Shown here piece after piece: positions 40,608-51,296 of a stretch of DNA of 64,000 nt. The position numbers and the translations under genes were made by a program. The stretch's first letter is position 1, and each line of letters begins with the position of its first letter. Source of the DNA: Chromatiales bacterium 21-64-14. GTDB taxonomy: Bacteria; Pseudomonadota; Gammaproteobacteria; 21-64-14. The notes under the pieces were generated by a model, which saw only the letters and a list, made by a program, of their open reading frames with translations, was not told the origin of the DNA and searched no databases. The stretch is from assembly GCA_002255365.1 (NCBI GenBank), contig NCBI01000013.1, forward strand, positions 955-64,954, given 5' to 3'.

Positions 40608-40808
40608 CTACTCCGTGCGCCGGTAGACCACCCAGGTCAGCAACGCACTGATCCCGATCCACAGGAATTGGTACCAATAGAAAAACGGAATTCCAGCGAG
40701 TTGCGGGTTTATGAAATTGTAAAACGGCACCCAGAGCACACCGACATAAGGCAGGCAAAGCAGCAGGTACCAGAGCCTGCGGCGTCCGCGACGTGGGAAT
40801 CCGGTCAT
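40608..40808 (-). CDS. DUF3311 small membrane protein, SSS-transporter partner
   Basis: 66 aa, two TM helices. ATG at 40808 with GAGGAG RBS. Conserved pairing upstream of SSS permeases. Confidence 0.6.
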   Translation of the reverse strand: MTGFPRRGRRRLWYLLLCLPYVGVLWVPFYNFINPQLAGIPFFYWYQFLWIGISALLTWVVYRRTE

Positions 40809-41079
40809 CGTCTTGTCGCTCCTCGTCTGCGCGGGGATCGGTCTGGGAGCCTGTGGAGTCATTATGACGCTACTGCGGCGGTGTCAAATCGGTCCTCGAT
40901 TTTCCCCGCGCGTCGCTACGTACGGGCGATTCGGACAGGTTCCTGGCGGCGTGAGGTGCGCGCGGAAGCGTCCCCGACACCGGCAATCCATTTCAACAAA
41001 CCCCGGGCGGCCCGGACACCGTTGTAGATTCCGTACCGGCAGGGCTCACGATGCGCGGGCGGCTGGCCTCGCGGCTCCA

Positions 41080-42180
41080 CTAATGGATGACCCAGTAGTG
41101 ATAATCAAAAAACCGCGGATCCCCCCACGGGATGTCATTACGCCCGTAGAAAATCAAGGCGTCCCCTGCCACCAGCAGGTTTCGGGTCAGAATCGGGGAT
41201 TCGGGCTCCGGCGGTATCAGCGTGTGGCGCTCCCACTTCCCGCTGGAGAACGGCCGGAAGTAGACCACGTTCTTCTCGAAGGAGCGATAGTAGACCAGCG
41301 TATCGCGGGCCTCCCAGTAGACGATGTTGGTCACTTCATAACTGCCATGGGGGCGCGGCGGCACCGGCAGCGTATCCACGAACTCGGTCCGGTTGCGCCC
41401 CAGATCGAAGGCCATCAGGCCGGGCCTGCCACCGCTGAGGTGCCCCCCTACCTCGTCGATCATGTACAGCAGGCGGCCCGCGCGGCAAAAATCGCCCCGC
41501 TGCCACAGGAAGCCAACCCGCGGGGTCTCCACCACGTCCCACTGGCCCGTGTCGCGATGCCACTCCACCATCGTATTATGGCCAGAGATGCTCACGATCC
41601 GCTTGCGCGCCTCATCCCAGCACCCATACTTGAACATCTTCTCGATCCCCGAGCCCACCAGCTTTTCGGGCACCGCGGGAGACTGCTTCGGGATAAACCA
41701 GCGTGGGTGTTCTAGATCCAAGCCCATGACGAACGCGCTGTTCAGCTTGTCCGCGGGCACGCCGCACCCGTTGAAGTTGTTCATCCCCACGTAGTTGCCC
41801 CCGGCGAGCCAGGCCACGTTCCGCTCCTGGTCGATGACGAAGGCCGCCTGGCAGCGACCGCGATTCCAGGGGGCATCGGGAGTCGGCGGACAAGTCCCCA
41901 CCTCCTCGCGCCAATCGAATGCCCCGTCGATGGCCGTGGACCAGGCCGCACGCTGATAGGACGATTGGATCGGAGGATAGAAATAATCGCCCGACCCACA
42001 GTAGAGCCGCCGGTCGGCCGGATTGTACGCGAAGCTCTCATGCTTCATCTGCCCGCGCAAGCCGCTGTTGGGCATCAGGAAGGAACGGATTTTCAGATCA
42101 CCGCCGATGATGGGCACCGCGAATCCCTTGCCGTTTCCAGGTCCACCCCACCGGGCGCAAGCACCACCGCACCCAGTCAC
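41080..42180 (-). CDS. Hypothetical protein (possibly beta-propeller-like; His-rich motifs). Start uncertain.
   Basis: Long ORF with coding-like composition. No signal peptide recognised. Confidence 0.4.
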   Translation of the reverse strand: MTGCGGACARWGGPGNGKGFAVPIIGGDLKIRSFLMPNSGLRGQMKHESFAYNPADRRLYCGSGDYFYPPIQSSYQRAAWSTAIDGAFDWREEVGTCPPTPDAPWNRGRCQAAFVIDQERNVAWLAGGNYVGMNNFNGCGVPADKLNSAFVMGLDLEHPRWFIPKQSPAVPEKLVGSGIEKMFKYGCWDEARKRIVSISGHNTMVEWHRDTGQWDVVETPRVGFLWQRGDFCRAGRLLYMIDEVGGHLSGGRPGLMAFDLGRNRTEFVDTLPVPPRPHGSYEVTNIVYWEARDTLVYYRSFEKNVVYFRPFSSGKWERHTLIPPEPESPILTRNLLVAGDALIFYGRNDIPWGDPRFFDYHYWVIH

Positions 42181-42500
42181 TCAACGCACCCCAGCCCGGG
42201 GAGCAGGCCCTGGCGCCTCATCCAGCGCCTGCTCTGCGAATCATCCGGCGTACCCACGAATCCGTCAACCGCAGTTGGCAGCGGACCGTCGGACACCCCG
42301 GCCGGGCAGCCCGTGGGCTGCGGGAAATTGTGTCCCGGGACAACACCCTGTCCGGAATCAGTCCCAGGGCCGGCGGACCACATAAGCTCGAACACTTTGC
42401 CGGCGCGTGCGCGGTGTACGGCAGAACCCCGTGCCACTGGCGAGGGAGGGATGCCGTTGGGCTGGGCGGTGCGCACCTGACGGCCTACAGCACCGCCGGT

Positions 42501-43313
42501 TCAGGGGAACTCAAGTCCGAAGCCGGCCCCGACGTAGCGATCGAAACCACCCAGGTTTCCACTCAGGCGGGCCCCGCCTTCGAGATCGACCTCGAACGTG
42601 TCGGTCAGCAGGTATTGTACCCCACCGTCGGCATCCCAACCCGACCCTGCGCCGGGGCCGGTCTGCGTCTGGCCGTAGGTCTCCGCGTAGAGCTGCAGCC
42701 GCCCGGTGGGCGCCCAGGTCGCCACAAAATCCGGATTGATGCTGGTGTAACGCCCCCCTCCCGACGCAGTACCGAGCGTTTGAGACGTGGCGCCGAGCAT
42801 AAGCGACACACTGGTGCTCGGCGTAGGGCTGTAGGCCACAATCCCATTGATGGCGGCCCCGGTACCGCCGCTGCCGAAATTGCGGCTTCCGGAAGGCGCG
42901 GTTAGCAGGCCTTCGACCGCGCCGAGCCAGTGCGCCGTATAAGAGAATTCATGCTTGATTCCGACCACTGTGGGCCCGAACCCACTCGCCGCCGGAACCC
43001 CGGGCGCTGACTGCCGATTCCCGTTCGGCGGCAACAGGACTAATTCGTTACGCCCCGGTAGGCCTAAGCGCAGTTCCAACTCCGGGAGATTGTACCCGGT
43101 CCCGCCGCCCCGTAGGCCAAGGTACTGGCCGCCCGCCTCCACGACCACGCGTCCCTCCGGTACCGCGCAGGCACTGTCGCCGACCGTAGGGCGATCCAGT
43201 AGTGCGAGCAGCGCCGCGCGGCCGCCACACGGATCAGGGATCGGCTGCGCGTGCGCTACGGGCTCAAGCACGAAGAGCAGCAACAGACACGGGATGTTGA
43301 TCCAGCGAAACAT
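42501..43313 (-). CDS. Putative outer-membrane beta-barrel protein (MetA-pathway/'transporter'-like family)
   Basis: Signal peptide MFRWINIPCLLLLFVLEPVAHA. Gly-rich amphipathic strands. Confidence 0.5.
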   Translation of the reverse strand: MFRWINIPCLLLLFVLEPVAHAQPIPDPCGGRAALLALLDRPTVGDSACAVPEGRVVVEAGGQYLGLRGGGTGYNLPELELRLGLPGRNELVLLPPNGNRQSAPGVPAASGFGPTVVGIKHEFSYTAHWLGAVEGLLTAPSGSRNFGSGGTGAAINGIVAYSPTPSTSVSLMLGATSQTLGTASGGGRYTSINPDFVATWAPTGRLQLYAETYGQTQTGPGAGSGWDADGGVQYLLTDTFEVDLEGGARLSGNLGGFDRYVGAGFGLEFP

Positions 43314-43324
43314 TGGCCTAACCC

Positions 43325-43738
43325 TCAGCTATTACCTCCCCGAAGGGGCCATAACGCGCAAGACATCCACGCCATCAACATTCTCCAGAGGGAAGTATGC
43401 CCTATGACTTTCCGGATCAACCACGACAGAATGCGCGTCAAACTCAACGTAGCCACTACCCAACAAATATTGAATACGGTAACCAGGCCAGATCCAAGGT
43501 GCGCTATAACCCGTAAACGACGCTGCGGATCCACGCTCTCGTAGTCAAAGCGATCCGTTCTACCGCCCAGCGGAACATCCGGATGCCCTACTGTCAAGGG
43601 CAACACGGTCGTCGTAGCCGCGTCAGCGCTCACCCCTAAAACAACGACGAGTGCGAACGCACACAGTGCTCGTATTGCCGAATTCGCCAAGTGGCGTTTC
43701 ATTTTGCCGGCAAGGCCACTAATTCGCCGCTCATCCAT
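43325..43738 (-). pseudogene. Truncated N-terminal fragment of a YVTN/YncE-like beta-propeller protein
   Basis: Signal peptide plus DRFDYESVDPQRRLRVIAHLGSGLVTVFNI (first propeller blade). It then degenerates into non-conserved sequence and stops at 137 aa. Confidence 0.35.
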
Positions 43739-43834
43739 GATTTATGGAATTCGCAATGGAATGTTCCGCTCAGCTGCGCAGGCCGCATAGACGACCGTAT
43801 TCCATCTGACGGCACCCCGCCCAGCACTTCCCGT

Positions 43835-45448
43835 TCAGGTGCCGGTCTTGCCCACCACCTCGACGCCCTGGCTGTGCAGATACTCGTCGTAGCTGCCGCT
43901 GAAATTGGCCACGCCGTTCGGCGTCAGCTCAATGATGCGGGTCGCAAGCGAGGACACGAACTCGCGGTCGTGGCTCACGAAGATCAGCGTCCCCGGATAA
44001 TGCTCCAGGGCGGTATTGAGTGACTCGATGGACTCCATATCCAAGTGGTTGGTAGGCTCGTCCATGAACAGAATGTTCGGTCGCTGCAGTATGAGCTTGC
44101 CGAACAACATGCGGCCCTGCTCGCCACCGGACAGCACCTTGACCGACTTATTGGTCTCGTCCGAGGAAAACAGCAAGCGGCCGAGCGTGGCGCGGATCAC
44201 CTGTTCGTCGTCGCCGGGCTTCCCCCACTGGTTCATCCAGTCGAACAAGCGCATGGGCTCGACGAAATCGGCGGCGTGGTCCTGGGCAAAATAGCCGATG
44301 TCCGAATTCTCGGACCACTTTATCGTACCCTTGTCGGGCGCCAACTCCCCGACCAGTGTCCGCAGCAACGTGCTCTTGCCGATGCCGTTTGGCCCGATAA
44401 CCGCGATGCGCTCACCCACCTCTACGGTCAGATCGAGCTTGCTGAACAACGGCGTCCCGCCATACCCCTTGCTCAGGCCAGTCACCTCCAGCGCTCGGCG
44501 GTAGAGTTTCTTGGTCTGCTCGAAGCGGATGTACGGACTCACCCGGCTGGACGGTTTGATCTCGTCAAGCTTGATCTTTTCGATCTGCTTGGCGCGCGAG
44601 GTCGCCTGCTTGGCCTTGGATGCGTTCGCGGAGAAGCGGCTGACGAAGGATTGCAGATCGGAAATCTGTGCCTTCTTCTTGGCGTTGTCGGCATACAAAC
44701 GCTCGCGCGCCTGGGTCGAGGCGATCATGTAGTCGTCGTAATTTCCGGGATAAACCCGCAATTCGCCATAGTCCAGATCGGCCATGTGGGTGCACACGCT
44801 GTTCAAAAAATGCCGGTCATGGGAGATGATCACCATAGTGCTGTTGCGCGCGTTCAGAACGCCTTCCAGCCAGCGGATGGTGGTGATATCCAGATTATTG
44901 GTGGGCTCGTCGAGCAACATGATGTCCGGATCCGCGAACAACGCCTGCGCCAGCAACACGCGCAGCTTCCAGCCCGGCGCGACCGCACTCATAGGACCGG
45001 CATGCTGTTCCAGCGGAATGTCCAACCCCAGTAGCAGTTCGCCGGCACGCGCCTCGGCGGTATAGCCGTCCAACTCGGCGAAACGCACCTCCAAATCGGC
45101 GACCCGCATGCCCTCTGCTTCGCTCATCTCCGGAAGCGCATAGATGCGTTCGCGCTCCTCCTTCACCCGCCAGAGTTCGGCATGCCCCATGATCACGGTA
45201 TCCAGCACCGTATATGATTCGAAGGCGAACTGATCCTGCTGCAGCTTGCCCACGCGTTCATTGGCATCGACGCTGACATTGCCCGAGGTCGGCTCCAGAT
45301 CGCCGCCCAGAATCTTCATCAGGGTGGACTTGCCGCAGCCGTTGGCGCCGATCAAGCCATACCGATTGCCGTCACCGAATTTGACCGAGATGTTCTCGAA
45401 CAACGGCTTGGGCCCGAATTGCATCGTGATATTAGCGGTAGTGATCAA
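43835..45448 (-). CDS. ybiT: ABC-F family ATPase (YbiT-like), two ABC domains
   Basis: Two Walker A motifs ([18 protein letters not shown]) and two ABC signatures (LSGGEQ). Confidence 0.9.
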   Translation of the reverse strand: MITTANITMQFGPKPLFENISVKFGDGNRYGLIGANGCGKSTLMKILGGDLEPTSGNVSVDANERVGKLQQDQFAFESYTVLDTVIMGHAELWRVKEERERIYALPEMSEAEGMRVADLEVRFAELDGYTAEARAGELLLGLDIPLEQHAGPMSAVAPGWKLRVLLAQALFADPDIMLLDEPTNNLDITTIRWLEGVLNARNSTMVIISHDRHFLNSVCTHMADLDYGELRVYPGNYDDYMIASTQARERLYADNAKKKAQISDLQSFVSRFSANASKAKQATSRAKQIEKIKLDEIKPSSRVSPYIRFEQTKKLYRRALEVTGLSKGYGGTPLFSKLDLTVEVGERIAVIGPNGIGKSTLLRTLVGELAPDKGTIKWSENSDIGYFAQDHAADFVEPMRLFDWMNQWGKPGDDEQVIRATLGRLLFSSDETNKSVKVLSGGEQGRMLFGKLILQRPNILFMDEPTNHLDMESIESLNTALEHYPGTLIFVSHDREFVSSLATRIIELTPNGVANFSGSYDEYLHSQGVEVVGKTGT

Positions 45449-45473
45449 GGTACTTCTTCCATAATCAATAGGT

Positions 45474-45499
45474 TAAAAAAGCACCAGGCTTGGCCCTGG
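45474..45499 (-). terminator. Possible intrinsic terminator between the methyltransferase-like gene and the ABC-F gene
   Basis: CCAGG-N6-CCTGG stem followed (on the minus strand) by a T6 run. Confidence 0.3.
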
Positions 45500-45680
45500 G
45501 GCCGGCGTGCCGGGCGGTCTACGCAAAAACCGGGTACGGGATAGGGGTACCGCAGAGGACACGGATCGTGCGAGCCACATATTCTCGCATATCCGCCGCG
45601 TGCCTGCGACCCGAGGCGCCCCGGAAACCCAAGAGCGGGGTGGAAGACGGGATCCGATCCGATCCCTCTGGGTTCCCGTA

Positions 45681-46397
45681 CTAGACGTCACGCCGGGCGA
45701 ACCACAGGGTGTGCCGTGCCCCCTTCGACCCATGGGCACGCACACGCACCTCATCCACCGCGAACCCGACCTTGCGCAGCCGTTGCAGAAAATCCGCATC
45801 CGGACCCGCCGACCAAACCGCCAGCACGCCCCGAGGACGCAACGCCGCGTAGGCCGCGTTCAACCCGTCTACGCCATAGAGCCAGTCGTTCTCTTTCCGG
45901 GTGAGCCCCTCCGGCCCGTTATCCACGTCCAGCAGAATGGCATCGTAGGCCTGCTGCTCGACCGTCAGAATACGCGCCACATCCGCCTCGCGCACGCGCA
46001 CTCGAGGATCCTGAAGTGGATGACCCGCAACCGCCCCGATCGGGCCCCGATTCCAAGCCACCACCGCCGGCACCAACTCCGCCACCCACACCTCGGCCCG
46101 CTCCCCTACGTGCCGCAGCGCCGCAGCCAAAGTGAAACCCATGCCCAAGCCACCGATAAGCAGCCGCGGTTCCAATCCACCCGCAAGCCGGGTACAGGTA
46201 TGCTCCGCCAGCGCGTCTTCGGAGCCGTGCACCCGGCTGTTCATCAGTTCCCCCTGGCCAACGATGGTGATGGAGAATTCGTCACCCCGCTGGTACAGGC
46301 GCAGTACCCCACCGTTGCCAGGCACCTGCGTGCTATCGAGCAAAACCCATGGTGTCATGCCGGTCTCAACCCGTGACTCTCCGTTCGCAACACGCAA
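45681..46397 (-). CDS. Spermidine-synthase-like (PABS fold) methyltransferase-family protein. Start is TTG 46397 or ATG 46358.
   Basis: PABS-like motifs (LIGGLGMGFT, ILLDVDNGPE). Confidence 0.6.
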   Translation of the reverse strand: MRVANGESRVETGMTPWVLLDSTQVPGNGGVLRLYQRGDEFSITIVGQGELMNSRVHGSEDALAEHTCTRLAGGLEPRLLIGGLGMGFTLAAALRHVGERAEVWVAELVPAVVAWNRGPIGAVAGHPLQDPRVRVREADVARILTVEQQAYDAILLDVDNGPEGLTRKENDWLYGVDGLNAAYAALRPRGVLAVWSAGPDADFLQRLRKVGFAVDEVRVRAHGSKGARHTLWFARRDV

Positions 46398-47040
46398 CCA
46401 CTCCCGAAATCGTCATAGACCAAGTGCGTTTAGGTCCGCCCTGAATCTTGCTTCCGCAAACATTCCCCAACCGGGTGAGCATGCCCCATCGGTCCCCACG
46501 CGACTGCCAGATCACCTGGAAAACATAAATCCGCGCCCTGTTCCCGGCCGCAAGTGCATCCTGGCGACGTCCGGCGCGCAAGCAACGAGGGCATCCGGTA
46601 TGCTGGCTAGGGTCCACCTTGCGCACCGATCCGGCTAGGGCGTACCTGGCCCCGCAGATGGCACGCGGAAGCCACGCGGGCACGGATATGCCCTACTATG
46701 GTAGACCATCGGCTTCGGAAACGACGCACATGACTGTGAATAGCACGTTTTCAACTAAGTACGGCTTTCTCCGTACGTGGCGTTTGCGCGGCATACCGCC
46801 GCTACACGATGTCCGTTGCCGCCCGAATGCCCGGTCATGAGCCCGGCAGCCGGTATAGTCTCGTGATTCTGTGAATCAGCGCTCAACTTCGTCACGTCCC
46901 GTGCCGCATTATTATGCTAATCGCCTGCCGTCACCACCCCGCCGCCGCAGCGGGTGTGTACATCTGGGGCGTGTTGGTACAATCTCCCGTCCCACGCGGC
47001 TTGCGCGCGGCAGGATCACCACAATCCAGAGGAACGTGAT

Positions 47041-48138
47041 ATGGCGAATCGGCTGATCAGAACAACCGCGCGCCCGCTAAGCCTGACGATACTGCTCACC
47101 TGGCTCACGACAGGCTTTGCAGCGACCGCCCCCTACCCGCCGAGCCCGGTCATAAGCGGGATCACCTGGGACTACTCCAGCCTCCAGCACGCCGCGCAGG
47201 GGAGCGACCTGTGGCCGATGACCTGGGCGGACGATGGCAATCTCTATGCTTCCTGGGGCGACGGCGGAGGCTTCGGCGGAAGCAACACCCTGGGGCGCGT
47301 CTCGCTCGGTGTCGCACGCATCAGCGGCGGCGCCACCAGCTGGCAGGGAACAAACGTGTTTGGCGGATATCAGGCGGCAGTGCCCGCCACCTTCGACGGC
47401 AAATCCGGCGGCCTGATAGCCATCAACCATGTCCTCTACATGTCGGTTACGCAACAGGACACATGGACTTATGGAAAAGTTTGTCAGTCGACCGACTATG
47501 CGAAGACCTGGGCCTGCACGGGCTGGGACTGGACACGCCCGTTTAACGGCTTGGCGTTTCTGACCTACGGCCAGGACTACGCAGGCTCGCCTGACAGCTA
47601 CGTCTATGCCTACAACGACGACTCCGCCAGCGCGGTGGAGACTTCCATAGTGCTGGCGCGCGTGCCGGCGAATCAGATCATGAACCGCAGTGCGTACCAG
47701 TTTTTCGCAGGACTGGATTCCAGCGGAAACCCAATCTGGTCATCCGATATAACCCAATACAAGCCAGCATTCACCGATCCAAATGGAGTGACCTTCGGCG
47801 TACGCGTCACCTATGATCCCGGCATCAAGCGCTATCTGCTAACCATGGCACACGGTTCAGGCAGCGGCTGGGGCATGTTCGATGCACCCAATCCTTGGGG
47901 CCCATGGACTACGGTGGCCTACTACAGCAGTTGGATCGATTCAGTCCCCAAGTTCGGCTTCGGCCTGACACAAAAATGGATGAGCGCGAACGGCACGGGC
48001 TTCGAGATGGTGTTCTCCGGCCTCGCGCCGTACGATGCATGGAACACCATCAGCGGCACTTTCCAGCTCGTACCGCTGGCGGCTCCTGCGGGGCCTCCTC
48101 CAGCCCCCAGCGGGCTACGGCTCAACGTCAGTCCCTGA
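47041..48138 (+). CDS. Secreted hypothetical protein (365 aa)
   Basis: ATG at 47041 with GAGGAA RBS. Signal peptide MANRLIRTTARPLSLTILLTWLTTGFAATA. Motif WGDGGGFGG. Confidence 0.55.
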   Translation: MANRLIRTTARPLSLTILLTWLTTGFAATAPYPPSPVISGITWDYSSLQHAAQGSDLWPMTWADDGNLYASWGDGGGFGGSNTLGRVSLGVARISGGATSWQGTNVFGGYQAAVPATFDGKSGGLIAINHVLYMSVTQQDTWTYGKVCQSTDYAKTWACTGWDWTRPFNGLAFLTYGQDYAGSPDSYVYAYNDDSASAVETSIVLARVPANQIMNRSAYQFFAGLDSSGNPIWSSDITQYKPAFTDPNGVTFGVRVTYDPGIKRYLLTMAHGSGSGWGMFDAPNPWGPWTTVAYYSSWIDSVPKFGFGLTQKWMSANGTGFEMVFSGLAPYDAWNTISGTFQLVPLAAPAGPPPAPSGLRLNVSP

Positions 48139-48199
48139 GCGTGCCGCCGGCGATCCTCGCGCAGCGCGGTCTGCAAGGCGCGTGCGTCGTTCACGGAAG

Positions 48200-49615
48200 C
48201 TAAGGCCGCACGGTGCCGCGACGCGGCGGAAGCGACATCAACCCACCCGCACCCGCAACGAGCAGGTAGGCACCGAGTGCCGCCGCGCCGCCACCCCAGT
48301 CTGATATCGCGAGCAGACGCGCCGCCGCGCCGACAACGATCAAGGCCGCAAGCGCCGCCAAGAAGGCGCGCACGCTGTGCCGAAGTGGCGTTGAACGCAC
48401 ATCCGTCCAGAGCGCCACGCCGTAAAGTACGCCGATCAGTGCGAGCGAAGCGATTGATGCGGCGAGCGCTCCCATCAGACCGAAGAGCGGAATCAGCGCA
48501 AGATTCGCGGCCAGCTTGAATGCCGTGCCAATAATTTGCAGCTTTAATCTGCCGAGCTGCCGGCGTGCGGCCAACAGCACGCGCACCGCAGCGATCTCCA
48601 CGGCATAGAGCAGGGCCAGGAGCGCGGTGACCTGCACCAGGGGTCCGACACTGGCGAAACGATGCCCCAGCAGCGGCACAAACAAACCTGGGACCACGTA
48701 ATACAGCGCCCACGCCAACAACCCGCCCAGCATCAGCGTGACGCGGAACAGCTCGTGCGCGGCGCTACGAAAATCGCCGTCACTGCTGCCGTAATGACTG
48801 CTGAGTCCCGGAAATGCCGCCATACCGACGAATACCAGCGGGGTGACACCTACCTCTACAAACTTCATAACGGACGCGTAGAGCCCAGTCGCCGTCGCGC
48901 CGACGAGAATCGACAACATCACCAGATCGACCCGGGTGTAGAGCTGAAAAATGATTTCCGAAACGCCGAACGGCCACGCGGCCTGGATGGTGGGCCAGAC
49001 CTCCCGCAAACACCCGCACCAACGACGAAAATCACCATGTCGCACAGCGGACACGGAAGCAACCAGCACCAACACGATCCCGGCAGCTGGGTAGGCAAGC
49101 AGCGCGGTCGCGAGAGACGCATGGTGGCGCACGATCATCGCCAGAGCCGCTAGAATCGCGGCGCCGCGGCACGCCAGCTCGGCTAGCGCAGGCGCTGCCA
49201 TGGCCTCGCGTGCGAAGGCGGACACAAACAGGGTACGCGCCAATGCAAGCCCCACCTGATAGGAAGAGAGCAGGACGATCACAACCGTGGTTGCGGCTGA
49301 AAGGTGTGCCGCCAGCACGAAGATAACCAGTCCGAGCACGACTACGGCAATTACGGTTAACTGCGCTGCGAGCAGACCGGATAGCGTGGGCTGGCGGCCC
49401 TGTGCCAGCGCCTGCGCAGATTCCCTAATCCCGTAGTCGGCGAGACCCAGGTAACAGCACATGTAGATGAGGCCCGCGCTGGCAAAGCCGAGTGCGTACT
49501 GCCCGGTCCCGGCGGGGCCGAAGTGGCGCGAGATCACGACAAACAGGACAAAGCTCAAACCATCCGCAGACATCCGAGTCGCGGTGAGCCAAGTGGCATT
49601 AGCGAGCCGCTTCAC
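48200..49615 (-). CDS. Oligosaccharide/polysaccharide flippase (Wzx-like)
   Basis: 471-aa polytopic MOP-family protein. Confidence 0.75.
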   Translation of the reverse strand: MKRLANATWLTATRMSADGLSFVLFVVISRHFGPAGTGQYALGFASAGLIYMCCYLGLADYGIRESAQALAQGRQPTLSGLLAAQLTVIAVVVLGLVIFVLAAHLSAATTVVIVLLSSYQVGLALARTLFVSAFAREAMAAPALAELACRGAAILAALAMIVRHHASLATALLAYPAAGIVLVLVASVSAVRHGDFRRWCGCLREVWPTIQAAWPFGVSEIIFQLYTRVDLVMLSILVGATATGLYASVMKFVEVGVTPLVFVGMAAFPGLSSHYGSSDGDFRSAAHELFRVTLMLGGLLAWALYYVVPGLFVPLLGHRFASVGPLVQVTALLALLYAVEIAAVRVLLAARRQLGRLKLQIIGTAFKLAANLALIPLFGLMGALAASIASLALIGVLYGVALWTDVRSTPLRHSVRAFLAALAALIVVGAAARLLAISDWGGGAAALGAYLLVAGAGGLMSLPPRRGTVRP

Positions 49616-50033
49616 GGATGCCTCGGAAGTTCAGCGACGACGCGACGTACATCCGGCTGGCGGTCGGTTGCAGAACAGAGGCGCGGCACGTTAAGAACGC
49701 TGATAGGCACCTTGAGACGACCTCCGCTGGTCAGTGAAGCATGTACGTAACGAGGCCAGCGGCCAACAGCGTGGCGGCCGCCAAATCGCGCCCGGTCCGA
49801 CCCGTATCCGGACTAGATCCGTACCGGAGACTACGACTTGCGAAGGAGGATAGCAGACCACGCGCCGCCTGTGTGCACGGTCGGTGCCGGCGGCACTGCA
49901 GCTCGCCGGATGGGGATCCGTACCGGCCGACTCTTGGCCACCGCCAACTACGCAGACGACTTGAAAGGGAACCACTGCGGCACGCACAGGAGCGCCGACC
50001 GCACACGTTGCACGCCATATCCGCCACGCGGCA

Positions 50034-51296
50034 CTAGGCCGGGGGAGTCTCGTCCACCCCCCCTTCCACCCACGCGGTTGTTTGGCGGGCAACTGCCGCG
50101 CGAATGAGCCGCTCGTATCCGTCAGTGACGGTACCGACGCCCAGACGGCTCTCCACCACCTTGCGGGCGGCGCCACCCAGGCGCTGACGGTCTGCTCCAC
50201 TGTCGAGGAGTGTTTCGATCTGCGAGGCGAGCGAAGCCGCGTCACCAGTTTCGAACTTTAAACCATGCTCTCCTTCGGTCACCAAGTCCGAAGCAGCGCC
50301 TGGGATGCGCCCACACAGGACCGGCAGCGCGCAGGACATGGCTTCGACCAGCGCAATGCCGAATCCCTCGGCTTCTGAGGGAAACACGAAAACATCGCTG
50401 GCCTGCAGATAGCGCTCCACGTCCAAACGCGGGCCGAGCAGCCGGACGTGTTCCTCAATGCCGGCCTCGCGCACCGTCTCCCGTATGCGCGCTTCCATAT
50501 CCAAAGGCGAAGTCGGTCCGGCACCCGCGCCGATAATGATCAATAGTGCACAGGCGTGTCGCCGCGCTAGGCGCGACCACGCATCAACGAGCGTTGGAAG
50601 GCCCTTGCCCTGCACCAACCGGCCGACGTTGGCGACGACTTGTGCATCGGACGGGATCCCGAGCGCCGCGCGCAGCGCAAGCTTTTCGTCTGGACTCACG
50701 GGACGAAAACGATCCGTATCCAGGGCATTGGGGATTTGAACTACGCAACGCGCCGGGAAACCATCGGCCTCGGCCTCGCGCGCAAGCGCCGTGGAGATAG
50801 CGACGACGAAGCGGGCACGGTGATAAGCCCAATGCCGCACCCCGTGGAGAACGCGGCGCAGCAGGAAACGCAGCGGGCCGGGGATCCGCCCGAGGCTGCG
50901 ACTGGATATCGCCCCGCTAAACTCACCCGCCTCGGCCGTAACCAGGATCAACGGCGTGCCGCGTATAGCGTTGGCGAGCGCCGGCCCTAGCGCAGTCGCC
51001 GAAAACTGGGTGACCAAGACACAGTCGAAACCCGGACGGCGTGAAACGATGCGCCAGAAGGTGCTGAGATTGAGCAGCCATTTGCTTAACACGCCCTGGC
51101 CGTAGGGGCGGAAGCGCTCCACGCGGATTCGGTTGCGGATTTCGCGTGCCGATAGGCTGCGCTCGTACCGGCGGGTGAGGACAGTGACGTTATGTCCACG
51201 GTGGGTCAACTCTCCCGCCAGCAACGCGACCTGCGTCTCTATACCGCCGATGTGCGGGGCGAACCGGTTGCTTACGATAGCGATACGCACGGGCAT
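50034..51296 (-). CDS. GT4-family glycosyltransferase
   Basis: GT-B motifs (FVFPSEAEGFGIALVEAMSCALPVL). Confidence 0.8.
   Translation of the reverse strand: MPVRIAIVSNRFAPHIGGIETQVALLAGELTHRGHNVTVLTRRYERSLSAREIRNRIRVERFRPYGQGVLSKWLLNLSTFWRIVSRRPGFDCVLVTQFSATALGPALANAIRGTPLILVTAEAGEFSGAISSRSLGRIPGPLRFLLRRVLHGVRHWAYHRARFVVAISTALAREAEADGFPARCVVQIPNALDTDRFRPVSPDEKLALRAALGIPSDAQVVANVGRLVQGKGLPTLVDAWSRLARRHACALLIIIGAGAGPTSPLDMEARIRETVREAGIEEHVRLLGPRLDVERYLQASDVFVFPSEAEGFGIALVEAMSCALPVLCGRIPGAASDLVTEGEHGLKFETGDAASLASQIETLLDSGADRQRLGGAARKVVESRLGVGTVTDGYERLIRAAVARQTTAWVEGGVDETPPA

Noticed and set aside
46398-47040. 640-bp divergent intergenic region checked for tRNA, riboswitch or sRNA
   Set aside because: No T-loop (GTTCGANTC), B12-box or other recognisable RNA motif. 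Probably just divergent promoters.
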